From: Octopus sinensis
Taxonomy: Eukaryota
Assembly: GCF_006345805.1 (NCBI RefSeq)
Contig: NC_042998.1
Location: forward strand, 58,032,001-58,096,000
Length of the DNA: 64,000 nt
Direction of reading: 5' to 3'
Shown in pieces: positions 1 to 13,829 of the stretch; the stretch's first letter is position 1; every line of letters begins with the position of its first letter. A model generated the notes under the pieces. That model had not been told where the DNA came from and did not search any database. It saw only the letters and a list, made by a program, of their open reading frames with translations. Both the position numbers and the translations under genes were made by a program.

Positions 1-1390
1 ACCTTAAAAAGAATATCTTACTGTTATCCGCCAACACTATACTGCTCTACTTTTATTCCTTAGCCGTCCTTCAATACTTACTATCACCTTACTTCATTAT
101 AAAGACTGTTACTTCTCAGTTTTAATGGTACTTCTCCCTTTATGGGAAACCATGTTCGTTGTTGTGAAGCAAATAAAGCTCCTCTCAATAAAGAAATAAT
201 TAAATTCACAATAAAAATATTTCCGTTTTGATATATCCACTAGAAAGCGCTTTATATTAAAACACCGCTGCAAATAAAATTTATAAAGTATATACAAACA
301 TGGAATGGCATTAGCTAAGTAGTTCTCTCAGAGAAACATCGGAAAGAACTCCGATGGATTGCCAGGCACGATGTTTCGACTTAATCTATCCTCCTCAATC
401 ATGAATAACTCAAACATTGTGAGCTAAGCTAAACATGCTTGTTCCAATATACAGATCAAGTATAGTATAGGCTGGTATGCTTCCTGCATTGTTAAGAATG
501 GTATAGGCTGTATATGTGTCAGGTTTAAGGATCTTGAAACTGATACTTATTTTTCGATTCCAGTGTTCTGTAAATCATCTGAAAATGCAGAAATGCTCGT
601 GGTTTTCTGGTGATGACTATTAAGTCGAGATTATCAGCACACGCTAATAAGTGGCTTTAAGGATAGTTCTTCTAGAAATAAGATATGGATAACCACACTA
701 CTATTGTTCATATTAGCCTACGATGAGTATGTTTTGTACAGGTGTTTTCTACACTTGAAGTTTTTCGTGTGTTCAACCATTCTGAAGTATGAAAGCTTTA
801 ATTTTGGAACATTATTGCGAAGGAAGATGAGAAAGCAGCATTGTTTTGGCCGTTGAAAGCTTGTAAAAGGAAAGGAACGAAGAGAAGGCGATATATTGTA
901 TTAACGTGAGGAGGAGAGAAGAAATTAAAGAGGCAAGGTAAGAGGTGCCAGTTTCTCCGAGCGGAAATTACTCATCTATATACTGTTGACACCTCTTTTT
1001 CGCCGAACCTGCCATAAAAAGTAGGTGAGAACGAATGCAGATTAGTAAACGCTAAACTGACCATTATATCTACGTCCGACGTTTAAGAGAGGGAACCTCA
1101 AATTCAGGCGAGTAGCGAGTATTCAATGAATCACGCAGCTCGGCGGCCAGTGTCATAGCAACAAGGGTAAGAAATTCAGTAGTGAATGAATCATTATAAA
1201 TCGATGAGCTAAATCCTGTAAGACAACGCACTTATTGAGGCGCATAGTTACTGTATTTGAATTAAAAGTGTTGGTTTTACAGCTTGACCGCAGTCATTGA
1301 GAAGAGCCTTTGTTGTCATAATGCACTGGATGCATGATTGCCTGTACAGTCGCCGATCGAAGACTGCATTCATCACCCAAAAAAATTTGA

Positions 1391-1416
1391 TTTTCGCCCC
1401 CTGTTGGGAACCACTG
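1391..1416 (+). mobile_element. Solo right terminus of a hAT (Charlie/SPIN-like) DNA transposon
   Basis: Ends ...cgccccctgttgggaaccactg, the reverse complement of the CAGTGGTTCCCAA hAT terminus. It is followed by cattagac, which resembles a hAT 8-bp target. No matching left end found. Confidence 0.4.
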
Positions 1417-1759
1417 CATTAGACAAGGCAGTCCAAAATTCTCTTTTAAACGTCAGTATTGTCACAGATGGAACAACTATGACAATAAGAATTTTCCATC
1501 AGACTTAAGCAACAACAGCAGCAACAACGAAAAGATCGGTATATGAAGATGCTTCTTGCGATTATAATTTTCAGTGGCTACTTTGCACAAACGAGTAGCT
1601 TGTACAACTCTTATCCGGTTGCCCTACGCGGATTTCTGTAATTTCGATTTCATTAAAGAGGGATCTGTCTTACCATTTAAGCAAGTATTTCCTTAAATCT
1701 TTGCTGTTATCCTTTTCTTGTCATGGTAGTTTACTTATATAATCATTATCAACGCCGAG

Positions 1760-1950
1760 ATCCCTTACCTGATACAACCTGAGTTTGGGGTGACACTCAA
1801 GACGCTTTTGCAGTCAGCCGTCGCCACTGATCTCTGTTTTCTGTCATGCGTCCTTGGGTTGCATTCATGTAGCCTGTCCTGTCCTTGACGTTGTCAGCCA
1901 GGATTCTTCTGCCTGCTTCTCTTTCGCCTTCTCTCATCTGTGCCTTAAAG
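1760..1950 (-). mobile_element. 3' remnant of an RTE-clade LINE (ORF C-terminus)
   Basis: Minus-strand translation ...RRILADNVKDRTGYMNATQGRMTENRDQWRRLTAKAS* (stop at 1797-1799) resembles the RTE C-terminal pattern W.DN.K.WTG...A.DR..WR.L. Degenerate. Confidence 0.45.
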
Positions 1951-2425
1951 CACAATTTGAAACAAATTTACCGCTCAAAACTCATATTTCTTTTTCTTAA
2001 ACAAAATCATTGTTATAATTAGCAAGACAAATTAAGACGTTGATGACATTTAGATATCCTTGAGATGTTGTTGTTGTTATCTGATCCCAGGTCATTCTCC
2101 TTCCAGTCGAGATCAAAGAGACATAAAGCCATTTTAACCACTATCATGCCGTTATTTTTTCCAGCGGGGTGCACCGCCAAACTGCATGAAACAATACAAA
2201 ATTTTCTCACATCAATGGTATCTGATTTGACAAATGCTTCTAGCAGATCAAGTGACTGCAAAAGACCTTCTCATCAGCTTTTACTCAAGGTCTTGTGAGT
2301 GAATTTAGTGAATGGAAACTGTGGAAACCCGTTGTATATGTGCCACTGTATCAACCAGACTATGGGATGTCGTTATACACAAGTGGTCCCAATGCACTTC
2401 CTCGCAATGTTTTAGCTTTCGACAC

Positions 2426-2621
2426 TTTACTCTTTACTCTTTTACTTGTTTCAGTCATTTGACTGTGGCCATGCTGGAGCACCGCCTGTAGTCGAGCAAA
2501 TCGACCCCAGGACTTATTCTTTGTAAGCCTAGTATTTATTCTATCGGTCTCTTTTGCCGAACCGCTAAGTTACGGGGACGTAAACACACCAGCATCGGAT
2601 GTCAAGCGATGTTGGGGGGGG

Positions 2622-2668
<47 letters not shown>

Positions 2669-2837
2669 AATATTTATACGACGGGCTTCCTTCAGTTTCC
2701 GTCTACCAAATCCATTCACAAGGCTTTGATCGGCCCGAGGTTATAGTAGAAGACACTTGCCCAAGGTGCCACGAGGTGGGACTTAACCTGGAACCATGTG
2801 GTTCGTAAGCAAGATACTTACCACACAGCCACTCCTA
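2426..2837 (-). mobile_element. tRNA-derived SINE family A (octopus OK-like), full length with internal (CA)n(TA)n
   Basis: Minus-strand head aggagtggctgtgtggtaag...ggttccaggttaagtccc (A/B boxes), body ...cttgggcaagtgtcttctactata..., internal microsatellite, tail ...gactgaaacaagtaaaagagtaaagagtaaa. Near-identical copies at 3952, 47371 and 56494. Confidence 0.9.
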
Positions 2838-2854
2838 TTCTTAATGATTCTATC

Positions 2855-3052
2855 CCACTGACTGGGCAGACAGGTCAACTTTCTCCCTCGAAGGAACAGG
2901 AGACTGTCGCATGATTACCCATTTACGGCTGAAAGGACTGGTGCAGCGTGAAATTAAGTGTTTTATTCAAGAACACAACATACCATCGGTCTGGGGTTTC
3001 GAAACCACGAGCTTGCGATCGTGAGTGTAAAGTTCTAACTCCTCGGCCATAT
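2855..3052 (-). mobile_element. tRNA-derived SINE family C (CORE/Meta-like central domain), degenerate
   Basis: Reverse complement reads tggccgaggagttaga...gtttcgaaacccc...gttcttgaataaaacacttaatttcacgctgcaccagtcc...tcagccgtaaatgggta. Homologous to copies at 4901, 14849 and 60220. Confidence 0.65.
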
Positions 3053-3070
3053 GTATGTATATGCGCATAA

Positions 3071-3277
3071 GTGTGTTTTTGTGTTTATACTTGCCCACAA
3101 CGACATGGCAACCGGTGTCGGTTTGTTTACGTTGCAGTAACATAGTGGATCAGCAAAATAAACTGACAGAATAAGTAATGTACTTAAAAGTAAGTACTGA
3201 GGTCAGTTTATTTGACTAAACTCTTCAAGGTACCGACAGCATAGCCGCTGCCAACGACTGAAACAAGTGAAATAGAT
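3071..3277 (+). mobile_element. SINE family A, 3' half, diverged
   Basis: gtttacgttgcagtaacatagtggatcagcaaaa...agaataagta...gactgaaacaagtgaaatagata aligns to the family A body and tail. Confidence 0.6.
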
Positions 3278-3951
3278 ATTTAAAGATTGAATAAAAGGAT
3301 TAAATTCGTAAGATGTTACCGCCATAAAGATAATCAGTTTTGCTTTAAAAGAATTCACTTCTATCTATTTGAGTTTTAGCTGCTGTACGCAAAAGTTTGA
3401 TGTTTCTTAGAGAGCATCGTATGTTTACAATTATTGGAAGATTTCTAACGTCATACTGTTTTAGCATAGACGTTTTGTACAGTTTAATGAAACTACGAAA
3501 ATGAGATTTACATATGACGACATACTTCAGCAAAAGTGTTTGAGTGAGTGGTTATGGTGTTTGAACTCCCGATCGTTAACTTGTGGGTTCGAGTTGCAAA
3601 GTGTGTTGTACGCCGAAGCCTTGAGTAAAGCCCATTATTTCATCCAAAAATACTGAGCTAGAAGTAAGGACCATAGCTATTTGGCATCTTCCTTACGATG
3701 AATTGCCATGCTGTTCAGGTATGCGAGTCATGAACACAAATAACAAATGGTCTTGTAAAACCCAATAAGCATCAACCTCGTGAGGTTGTAGGCTCGAAGA
3801 TGATACTAGATTGATAAATTCCTCATATACTTTTATAGATTTTAAAGTAACTTTATACTTTAATTAATTTCATTACTACTGATGTAGTAATGAAATAAAT
3901 TTCTTATATGAAATGCAAGTTCATACCATTATTGCACTGTTCGAATGGGTA

Positions 3952-4166
3952 TTTCTCTTTTTCTCTTTTACTTGTTTCAGTCATTTGACTGCGGCCATGC
4001 CGGAGCACCGCCTTTATTCGAGCAAATCGACCCCATGATTTATTCTCTGGAAGCCTACTACTTATTCTATCGGTTTCTTTTGCCGAACGCTAAGTTACGG
4101 GGATGTCAGCACACCACCCACATCGGTTATCAAAATGATGTCGGGGTGACAAACACAGACACATAA

Positions 4167-4197
<31 letters not shown>

Positions 4198-4368
4198 CAT
4201 ATATACGACGGGCTTCTTTCAGTTTCCGTCTACCAATTCCGCTCACAAGGCGTTGGTCGGCCAGAGGCTATAATAGAAGACAATTGCCCAAGGTGCCACG
4301 CAGTGGGAATGAACACGGAACTATGTGGTTGGTAAGCAAGCTACTTACTACACAGCCACTCCTGCGTC
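3952..4368 (-). mobile_element. SINE family A, full length
   Basis: Same head, internal (CA)n/(TA)n and tail as 2426-2837. A (TA)n(TG)n tract follows. Confidence 0.9.
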
Positions 4369-4426
<58 letters not shown>

Positions 4427-4900
4427 CAGAGAGAGAAAGAGCAAGAGAGGGAGAGTTAGATTGATTTCTAGTTTTTATAAAAGCACTGCTTCACTTAGTA
4501 TTTTGAAAGGCCAAGCAGATCAGATGTATTGTGATCAGTAATCACAATTATATATTGTTGGCCTACGCTGCTATTTCTATTAAATATTAATCGCTTTCAG
4601 TTCTCATTTTCATGACACTCACTCACACACACACAACATTATATAACAAAATGAAATCCAGTAAGATTAACTACGCGTCAGAGCAGATGGAATATTCACA
4701 GTGTTTATTAATAAAATATTCAACAGCCTAGTTCCTTGTTACGACCTCAGGCTTGATTTGTATCTAGAAAAGACGGCTAAGATTTTACTGAAAGTAGATT
4801 TGAGTAATAAATATTGCTGATAGTTTTGAGGCGAGTAGATAGTTGAATCGTTCCTAATTTTTATCCCATTAGCATTTAAACCGACCATATCGTTGAAATC

Positions 4901-5212
4901 GCATATCTTAGTGGTTAGGGTATTCGGCTAACGATCGTAAGGCCGGGTGTTCGATTCCCGCAGCGCGTTGTATCTTTGAGCAAGACACTTTACTCCACGC
5001 TTCCTCTTTTCACTCAGCTGGCAAAATGAGTAGTACCTGTAGTTCAAAGGGTCAGCCTTTTCACACTCTGTGTCACGCTAAACCTCCCCGAGAACTATGT
5101 TAAGAGTACGCGTGTCTGTGGAGTACTTAGCCATTTTCACGTTAACATTACGTTCTGTTGATGAAATCAACATGAACCCTCGTCGTTGTAACCGAGAGAG
5201 AGAGAGAGTGCC
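4901..5212 (+). mobile_element. SINE family C, long-tail variant
   Basis: A-box tagtggttag, B-box gttcgattccc, central ttgagcaagacactttactccacg...cactcagctggcaaaatgagta, tail ...gaaccctcgtcgttgtaaccga(ga)n gtgcc. Confidence 0.75.
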
Positions 5213-7200
5213 AGTTATCAGGTTCAAACATTCTACCTGCTTTTTGTTCAGACTGGCCAGATCTGACCTTTCACACATACCCAGCAATGCTATTCTAAAA
5301 TTTAACAATCGCATCAAAATCTCGAAGTTAAAAAGTAATACATAATCAATTCAAAACAATGCAAATCATTAACCTTTTCATTTGACAAAGTAATCTGAAT
5401 GCTAAAGAGTTAACTAATGTTGACCTTTTCTTTAAATCAATGTATCTGATGGCCAGTTGGTCCAAGTCATCTAACGGTAGAATGCTACTGGATCCATATA
5501 GTATAACATAATAATATTGATCAGTTTATTTGTAGCACAATAATGCCGAGCTCTTTTCATCAGATGAATGCCTTGGGAATATGTGAAGTTCCGCACAGTT
5601 TTATCTATAAAACATTAGAACCGTTTACGTGTTAATGGATACCTCTCATACATACGTTCAGAAAACATGTAGAGTTATCGATGTTTTAGTTTTAATTACA
5701 GATAGATGTTTTAGATTGAATTACAGATAGTTGATCGCGAGCCAATATATTAGTGACAAAAGAGAATACCCAGTTTATCAAGGGTAAATTCACTGCAACA
5801 TGACACAGAAACTGGTTGTAAACTTAAACCGACTTAAATGTACCTTATGACACAAGTACCATTTCGTGAAGGCATAACTATTGCAGCTTTACAGATTTCC
5901 TCCCCAAATTCCATAGGACACGTGCTGTAACGAATAATGTGAATATGGCAAGTTAAAACAAATAGAATTGACTGAATGCTGACTTTGTTTTTAATCACGT
6001 GTTTTTGCACTGTGAGCTGAACAAAAACGGTGACCGTTTTAAAGTGTAGGCTGTCACCATGATTAAGGAGAACGTTTGCATATTAACATGTATTTCTATA
6101 TCTTGTAGTAGAAAATTATTATCCCCATCGTCCATAAGACCTAGAATATCTTGATATTTTTAGTCAGCTTCAGCTGCTTAAAACCTTCACTTCTTGGAGA
6201 ATGTTCTTCAAACTTTATACATGTAAATATGCTTGAAATCCAGTAATATTGTAATTAGTATTGTTTTCTGTCGTTGATAATACTGAAAGAGAGAACAACT
6301 GGTAATTCTTACAATTACAGAAATATTCAGAATAAAAAAATCAAAGTTGTCTTCCTATCTTCCAAAGTCGATTTTAACTCAGTGCTGTAAACCAATGAAA
6401 TTGTTTAACGCTATTCATACTTCAGCAATAAGCTGTATCTACATATCGAACCTATTCGCAGTTAAGTTAATTAGGACATAAATATTTAGTGTCTTGACCA
6501 TAAACAAATCACATCAATGATAAAGAATAAACCATCATAAGTAACTTATAAAATTATTGGTAGATTTGAACATGAACCTATAAATCGCTGATGTATATTT
6601 ATTTTGTCTTCGGAGACACACACTATATTTAGTGACTTTGTAATTCACTAATTGTTTGGTCGATAAAACATACTGTGTTCACTCAGCCAACTATAGCTTC
6701 GCTGCTTTTTATTATAGCAAATACTGATTTCTAACCTAGGTACGAGGGCAAACAGTTGCAAAGAAGGATTATACAGGACAGAATCAATCTCACTACATTT
6801 TATGATGTACTGAATTATATATATATATATATATATATAATCAACGAGTGGAGTAGATAAAATCCGGCCGGGGTACATATGTTTCATAGCGAGCGGGTAC
6901 TCGGATGTAGTAATCATCCAAACGAGGTGTATACCGCAGGCTACTCTTCGGCCCGAGGATATCTTGATTATATGAAGTTTACATTGCCGTTAGGAGAGGA
7001 TTTAGCCAAAATACGTGGAACCCGGCAACCTTGGTTGGCAACAGTGAAATATGAAATAATTTTTTCAATTTATCGTACATCGATACGGGACGCATTCACA
7101 ACCATCTGTACCAATAAACGACTATTGTACCTGAAAGTTGATTTTTTATATATTTTCTGCCGATTGCTTAAAGTTCACTTACTTCCTTGGATCTCATCTT

Positions 7201-7238
<38 letters not shown>

Positions 7239-8951
7239 ATATATATATGAATAAAAGGATCTCAATATATTTTATAAAACATCCGTAAGGACAGATAAAA
7301 TAAACTTAACTGCTATTTGAACTTAGAGACGTATAGTTCAAGTCTAACTGTATGTCAGTTACACCTGAACTCGTTTACTTCAGTACACAATCCCAAACTG
7401 CGCTCGTTAAAACAGATATGAAAAAATAAGCGGAAATCAGAATATGAGATTGATAGAAATGGTCGACATAAGGAAAAGTTTCTAGCAGAGAAAATACATT
7501 TATGCTTAAGAAAAGGAAATGAATATCGAAGTTTGATTATGTACGTAAACGCCTTGGAGTGATTAAGACTCACAATTATCATTACCAATAGAAGAACAAG
7601 AAATAGATTTAACAAATATGTCTTGATATGTTTGTGTCTAATAAATTTGCCAGTAATGAAAGAAAGAAAACGCCCGCTAGTTATATAGGTCATCAGTTAA
7701 TTGTAAATGCTGCCTTCAAGTTATATTTAGTTGTACAATATGAATTAGACAGGACAGCCAACTATTATATATATATATCAACCAAAGAACAGATGCAATA
7801 CTACATACGCTGTATGAATACATGAAACAGCTGCCAACGAAGAAAGACTACTGTTATGATGCTTATGAATTTATTGTAAGTTACTTCATTACCAGCTAAA
7901 ATGAGTCTCTCTGCTGTACAACCGAATACCTCATAAATCATACGACACCCCGTGATTCTGCTGTTTGTGTGTCAAAGATATATACATTATACATAATATA
8001 GATTTCATGGAAGTAATCATAATTTATAAATATAGTACTCACATATTGGTGTCTATTATCAAGGCACAAAGGTCTCTTAATTTATTACTAGAGAAGATAG
8101 GAAGTTTTCAACTTCATGCCTTTCTCGAGAGTATTAGTGTTGTTAGTAGGAAAGTCGACATGATATATTTTATAGTTATATATTCAATAGGGAGTTGGAC
8201 TAGTCACTGATGGTGTTCTAGTCTTGACCTGCTAGAAATAACAATATGACTTTAAAATCACATTTTCCCATGTTGAAAATGTAAGCCACGTAAAATAACC
8301 CCAAACCGAGGGGATCTTTTATTTTATTGTAATTTCATTCTATCAAGAATGCTTCGTATGAGGAAAATAAATTTTATATTTGTCTGGTTCTTTATTTTAT
8401 CTACCCACTGATGGTTTGAACGCATAACATAAAGGGGTATAGTGAAATACAGTATGACATTTTATCTGACGTTATAACGTTTCTCCTGATCTGCCAATCC
8501 AACGTCTAGGTAATTATTGTTGGATGAATTTGACCTCCTTTTTGCTCATTCATAGCAGGCCTAGGGGTTAGATAATCGCAACAACAACTACGTGGACTGA
8601 TATCTTTCACTAAGTGGACAGCTATGTAATCTATTTGGGATTGTATCAATCATGTTTATTCATAAGATAAGAAACTTCAGTAAACTAGCTGAAAAATATA
8701 ATCTGAAGAGGTAATCTGCTCACTTTCAGTTATTCTACAACACTCTCTCAGTAAAGGAGATGTTAGACCCAAATAAGGTTTGACTAAAATTAACTAACTA
8801 AATATGTCTGCCCTTCACATGTACAAGATGGTGAACCTCAGAACAATGAATAGTGTAAAATTGAACAATGATGCATTTCGTGTAAACCACAACAGTCTTG
8901 ACAATTTGGAAGGATCCATGGTAGACATGGGAACAGTCCATTTGTATTTCC

Positions 8952-10051
8952 GGATCTTTTCCTTTTCATGGGCAGCTCGATTAATTTTCTTTAACTAAAC
9001 ACTTTGAAACATCGTATACTAATAGAATGTGTCATATAGAACATATTTTACTCTTAGCGTTGTTGAAAAAAGTTTCTATTTTCGAAGTTATTTTGTGTTA
9101 AATTTGTCGTATTTCGGTAATTTCAACCAATCAATGACGTGTATTCACCTGAATAAAATTACTGCTGTTGTTTGTCAACTTCCGGCGGTGCATATTTCGT
9201 TTGTCACTGTTATTTATGACAACGTTCGTGCGTTTGTACTGGTTTTAACTTTGAAAAAATTTACAACAATTTTTCTACTTAGGGTTAGGATTAGTGTTAA
9301 GGTTTTGGGTTAGGGTTAGGGTTTTAGGACTAGAGTTAGGGTTAGGATTAGGGTTTTAGGATTAGGGTTAGGGTTAGGATTTTATGGTTAGCGTTAAGGT
9401 TAAGGCTTTAGGGTTAGGGTTAGGGCTTTAGGGTTAGTGTTAGAGTTAGGATTGGGGTTTTAGGGCTAGGGTTAGTTTCAGGTTTAGGGTTTTAGGTTAG
9501 GGTTAGGGCTTTAGAGTTTTCTGATTTTTGGCAATTTTCCGGAATTTCCGTTGTCCGACAAGCTTTGTTTTTGGCAAAAGTATTTTAAAAAGACAATCAT
9601 TTGCGAGAAAATTGTGGGTGGGACGGGAGGAAGTCTTTCCGAAAATAGTAGCTGAAAAACAGGCAAAAACCTAAAAGCAGTAGAAATGCACGAACGATTA
9701 TGGTGGTGTCATAAAATAAACATGCTTCAGATACACTCGTTTATTCATACGAGCGTAACTGAGATGAAATGTGTCATAAATAACAGTGACAAACGAAATA
9801 TACACCGCCGATAGTTGTTGTTGACAAACAACAGCAGTCATTTTATTCAGCTGAATACACCTCATTGATTGGTTGAAATTACCGAAATACGACAACTTTA
9901 ACACGAAATAACTTCAAAAATAGAAAATTTTCGCAACAACGCTAAGAGTAAAATATGTTCTATATGACACTTTCTACCAGTATCCGAAGTTTCAAAGTGT
10001 TTAGTTAAAGAAAATTAATTAATCGAGCTGCCCATCAAAAGGAAAATATCC
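8952..10051. mobile_element. Non-autonomous TIR (foldback) DNA transposon, Merlin-like
   Basis: Arms 8952-9221 and 9772-10051 are long inverted repeats (GGATC/GGATA termini, few mismatches, one 4-bp indel). The element is flanked by an 8-bp direct repeat GTATTTCC (8944-8951 and 10052-10059). GG termini with an 8-bp TSD fit Merlin/IS1016. No transposase ORF. Confidence 0.8.
9279..9516 (+). repeat. Degenerate interstitial telomere-like (TTAGGG)n array inside the TIR element
   Basis: ttagggttaggattagtg...ggttagggttagggttttagg...ttagggttagggctttag, with many exact TTAGGG units and variants. Confidence 0.9.
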
Positions 10052-12339
10052 GTATTTCCTTTTCATAACTAATAAGGATGTTTTAAATATGTACAACAGT
10101 GAGGTATTCGTTTGGTGGATCTTCAACGTCACAGTATTTTCTACGATATTTTACTCTATTCATCAGAACTGTCTCGACTAACTTTACCTGTTTCTAGCAT
10201 ATACACAAAGACATAAATATTAAAGAATCGCTAAAGTGAATTAGAATGACTCCTGATATTGTTTGGATCTGATGTTGTTGACTTCCGGGTGAATGAAAAG
10301 CAAAATTAAATCCGGTGGTATTTGAACGTAAAACATAAAGGGTTGCAACTAAATATTACAAAGTGGTCCACCATTTCTATTAATTTCCACATCATCTTTA
10401 CTAAAGATAATTAAAAATGAATTCAGATTTAATAAAGACTTTAGAATTTAATTTAAATATGAAATATATAATTTGACAACGAACATCATGTTATAATCAA
10501 ATATATTTTATTAATGAAATTTAAATGTATGACAATATATTTAAATATATTTCCTAATATTCAATGTTGTTTTCTTGTTCTTGTTATATTTATTAGTATA
10601 ATTATTCTCTAGCTCTGATAAAAAAAAATCCATAATTAAAGATGTGTGTCCACCATAACATTCCAGCATTTATTCGCATACAGTAAACCTAGAGCTACAT
10701 TATGTAATATGTCCGTCGTTTTTAGTGTTTCTTTTAAAAATGTGAACTAAAATCCGGTTGCTGTTTTTGTTAGGTCATGACGATGTTGTTATCAATATTA
10801 CATCTCGAAAGACTGAATATTTGGATTCGAAATTGCTACGTTGCGAAGGCCCCTCGGTTATATAGTTTATCATATTTTTCCCTGATTATAACGAATATAC
10901 CGTATATGAGTTCCATCTTTATATTTTCAAATCATTTAATATGAATTCCATTTTAAAATATTGATTTTGTGATTTTGTTCTTGCAAAAATTAATCAAAGT
11001 GGGAAATAAATATTTTCTATGAATTACATTTCATCGTAAAACGATTAATTTACCTTTCCAGGTAATTAATTTTGTAAACAACTTTTAAAACTGCGATCCA
11101 AGTATTTGATCTTTGAATAATTACTCAGTAATGTGTGCTTATATTCTTTGATTCAGCGTAAGTTATTTTGCCTATATTAAACTTAGTTGTCGTTTATTTA
11201 ATACCAGATTTTTTCCTGATCAAGCAAACCCATGATCAAAGCCATACAGGACGTGACCATGCTGCTATTTTCTTTTCCTGGTATAATGTATTTAGGATTA
11301 CGTTATGCAATGTATTCTAGTTGTAAAAGCTTCTGATATTTTGTGAAAGAAGTACGTAGGATATTTTTTTAAATTCTAGTAACTGTTTGATACCTGCTCT
11401 GATTCCATTACCTCGCTTTGTTATTGCATTCAGTAACTGTACGACAGTACGATATGGGTTGAGACGATTAATTTCTCTCTTTGATGTGTTGTTTTACTTA
11501 GGCTTAGCTTAGTACGATGATCAAAGGTGTTCCGGCCATAACCATCCCATTTTCTTTGTGTGTTCGTGTGCGTGTGTGTATGTGTGGTACGCATACAAAA
11601 CATGTCTACCACGTTTAATTTTCAGCATAGTTCCTTCAGCGTCTAAGATGTTCTTCATAACACGAACCGCTTTGCAGGCTATATCGTTGATAAGAAAAAA
11701 ATAATAATCGCGATCTCTCATCTCCGCTCGATAACCAATCATTTTACTGCTTGTGAATTTTTTAGTAGCACCGACACTGTAGTAAAACATTTTCGCCGCC
11801 TCTTATTGAGGTGTGTAATTCCTCAGGGCTACGTTATTGCAGAGTTTATTAGAGAAGAGAGCTGTGACAAAAGAACCAGAATGGTTGGCGGGAGTAAGAA
11901 TAGAATGATAAAATCAGAGCGATCGGAGTGAAAGAAGAGTAGCGGAGATGAGGGATTGATGAATAGTAAAAGAGATGGGTAAATAGAAAGTGTCGCCAAT
12001 CGACACGTTTCTTTATCACCTAGTTCGTGAGCTGCAGCATAAGATTATTTAGGTTTAAATGATTTCATCCCAAGTCTTCCTTACTCCCTTCCCTCCAGAG
12101 CTTTCATTTCCTTCGAATTTTCTCAGTACTTGATTACAAAGCGATCATTTTCCATACGCATCACATGCATATACCTGTACTATCTTCTCTCTTGTTCACT
12201 GTTTATGATTCGTCTTATACCCATTTGTTACCTTTCTCTCAGCATATGAGCATTCGATCATTCATGCAAACTAATATCTCATAGCAAGCATAGCGCGCCT
12301 GCTTCATTTGATTCTAATCTTCACAATCCCTATCGTACA

Positions 12340-12720
12340 ATATTACATTTCGTGCACAAATATCCTACCAACTATTCTCCACTCGGAGATGGAAGGGCTC
12401 TATTGCCTGCAGAGGTAATAACATCCTGAACTTGTTCCCAGATGTTCTTACTCTGGGTATTATGCCTTCCGCACAGGAGATTTCAATGCCAATTAAGCTA
12501 CCGAGGTAACAAAACCGCTAGTAGCTCCAGAGAGCACATGGATAATATATGGAATCACTTCTGTTTGCAAACTCAGCAGCTGCTTGCCGATGTAAAGACC
12601 TGGAGTGAATGAATCACAGACATAAAATGCCGTTAAATAATACCCACGTGTACTGGTTACACCATCAAGTTGCCGTCCAGGATTTTGTCTTAGATCATGC
12701 TCCTCAAAATATATCTTTAC
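12340..12720 (+). mobile_element. Ancient LINE apurinic-endonuclease remnant (RTE-like)
   Basis: The plus strand encodes ...ELVPRCSY...TGDFNA (GDFNA at about 12476-12490) and a later LDHAP resembling SDH.P. Multiple stops and frameshifts. Confidence 0.3.
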
Positions 12721-13829
12721 ACTTCCCATGATATGAAAGATTAGACTTACCTTATTTAACTAGAATTAAACGATAGAAAGGAATATTCTCTACTAATGTC
12801 AGAAACCCTCAAATATATCGCCCCGATAAATTATGTAAATTTTACTATATCATTCTGAGGTTAAGGTGATCTGCGATACGTACAAGAGACAGTGCTTGCT
12901 CGTAAGATCTGTATGATATACCTGCAGTTTTACCTATATGGTATTTCGATTCTCCATTTGATGTGTGCCGAATCATCTAATCTCTACGCAGTGGCTAGAC
13001 CTACTAGAATTCACAACCTCGCATTTTCCTGAAATCAAATCCTATTCACAAGATAGGAGACATATCTATCCAGGATAGTTTATCCCTGGATACACTATCC
13101 CATAAAAAAAACACAGGATGTACACCTATGAGAAACGTTTTTGATCATAGTTCGTCTGATAGTGCGCTGGTCTAAACAACGGTAACATGAAAACTCTTTA
13201 TTCATCATCATTCACCAATACTTAAGTATCTTACCCCGACCAGCAAATCATGTTCCCATATTCCCGAAGTTATCTGAGATAATATTCGCTGTTTGAATTG
13301 CATTATTTATAAGCAATAACTTCTCGATCAATTTTACTTGCTCAAATTAATCTAAACACTAGAAGAAACTCTATCCTTATACACTGCAGATATATTTTGT
13401 GAATAACACACCTACGAAAAGACATTAAACTATATTAGAGTAATGAAATTTAATTGTTCCCGAGCAAGATATTGAGATTGTCATATAGTTTGAGGGAAGA
13501 TATTAGAAAACTCTTGATTATGTGTAAATGTTTTAACGACTCGCATTAGTATAAATACAGCAGTTATTAGATGGTCTTCAATATAATAACTGCTGATGCA
13601 GATTTATTTCATAAGTGACAGACAAATTAGTATTTAGGATATTTGTAATTAATATTTTCATGGCTTAATCAGTGTTTGGAGGACATATATTTCAGAATAC
13701 CTGAGACTAGTGAAAAAGGAAAAGTTATTCTGAGATTTGAGATCTCTAGCTAATGCTTGCAAGAGCGTGGAATCTTAAGGTCTGATAGCGATGCTAAACT
13801 GCTGAAGTTAAAAGAACAGAACCTTCAAC

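Noticed and set aside
100-1110. Possible Penelope remnant (LPFMG, gtttcgac motifs)
   Set aside because: Motifs are too degraded and are inconsistent in strand.
6879-7250. 123-aa plus-strand ORF in a GC-richer patch
   Set aside because: No domain motif, it ends in microsatellite, and there are no convincing splice sites.
9279-9516. True telomere or chromosome-fusion scar
   Set aside because: The array is short, degenerate, single-orientation and enclosed by TIRs with a TSD, so it is transposon cargo.
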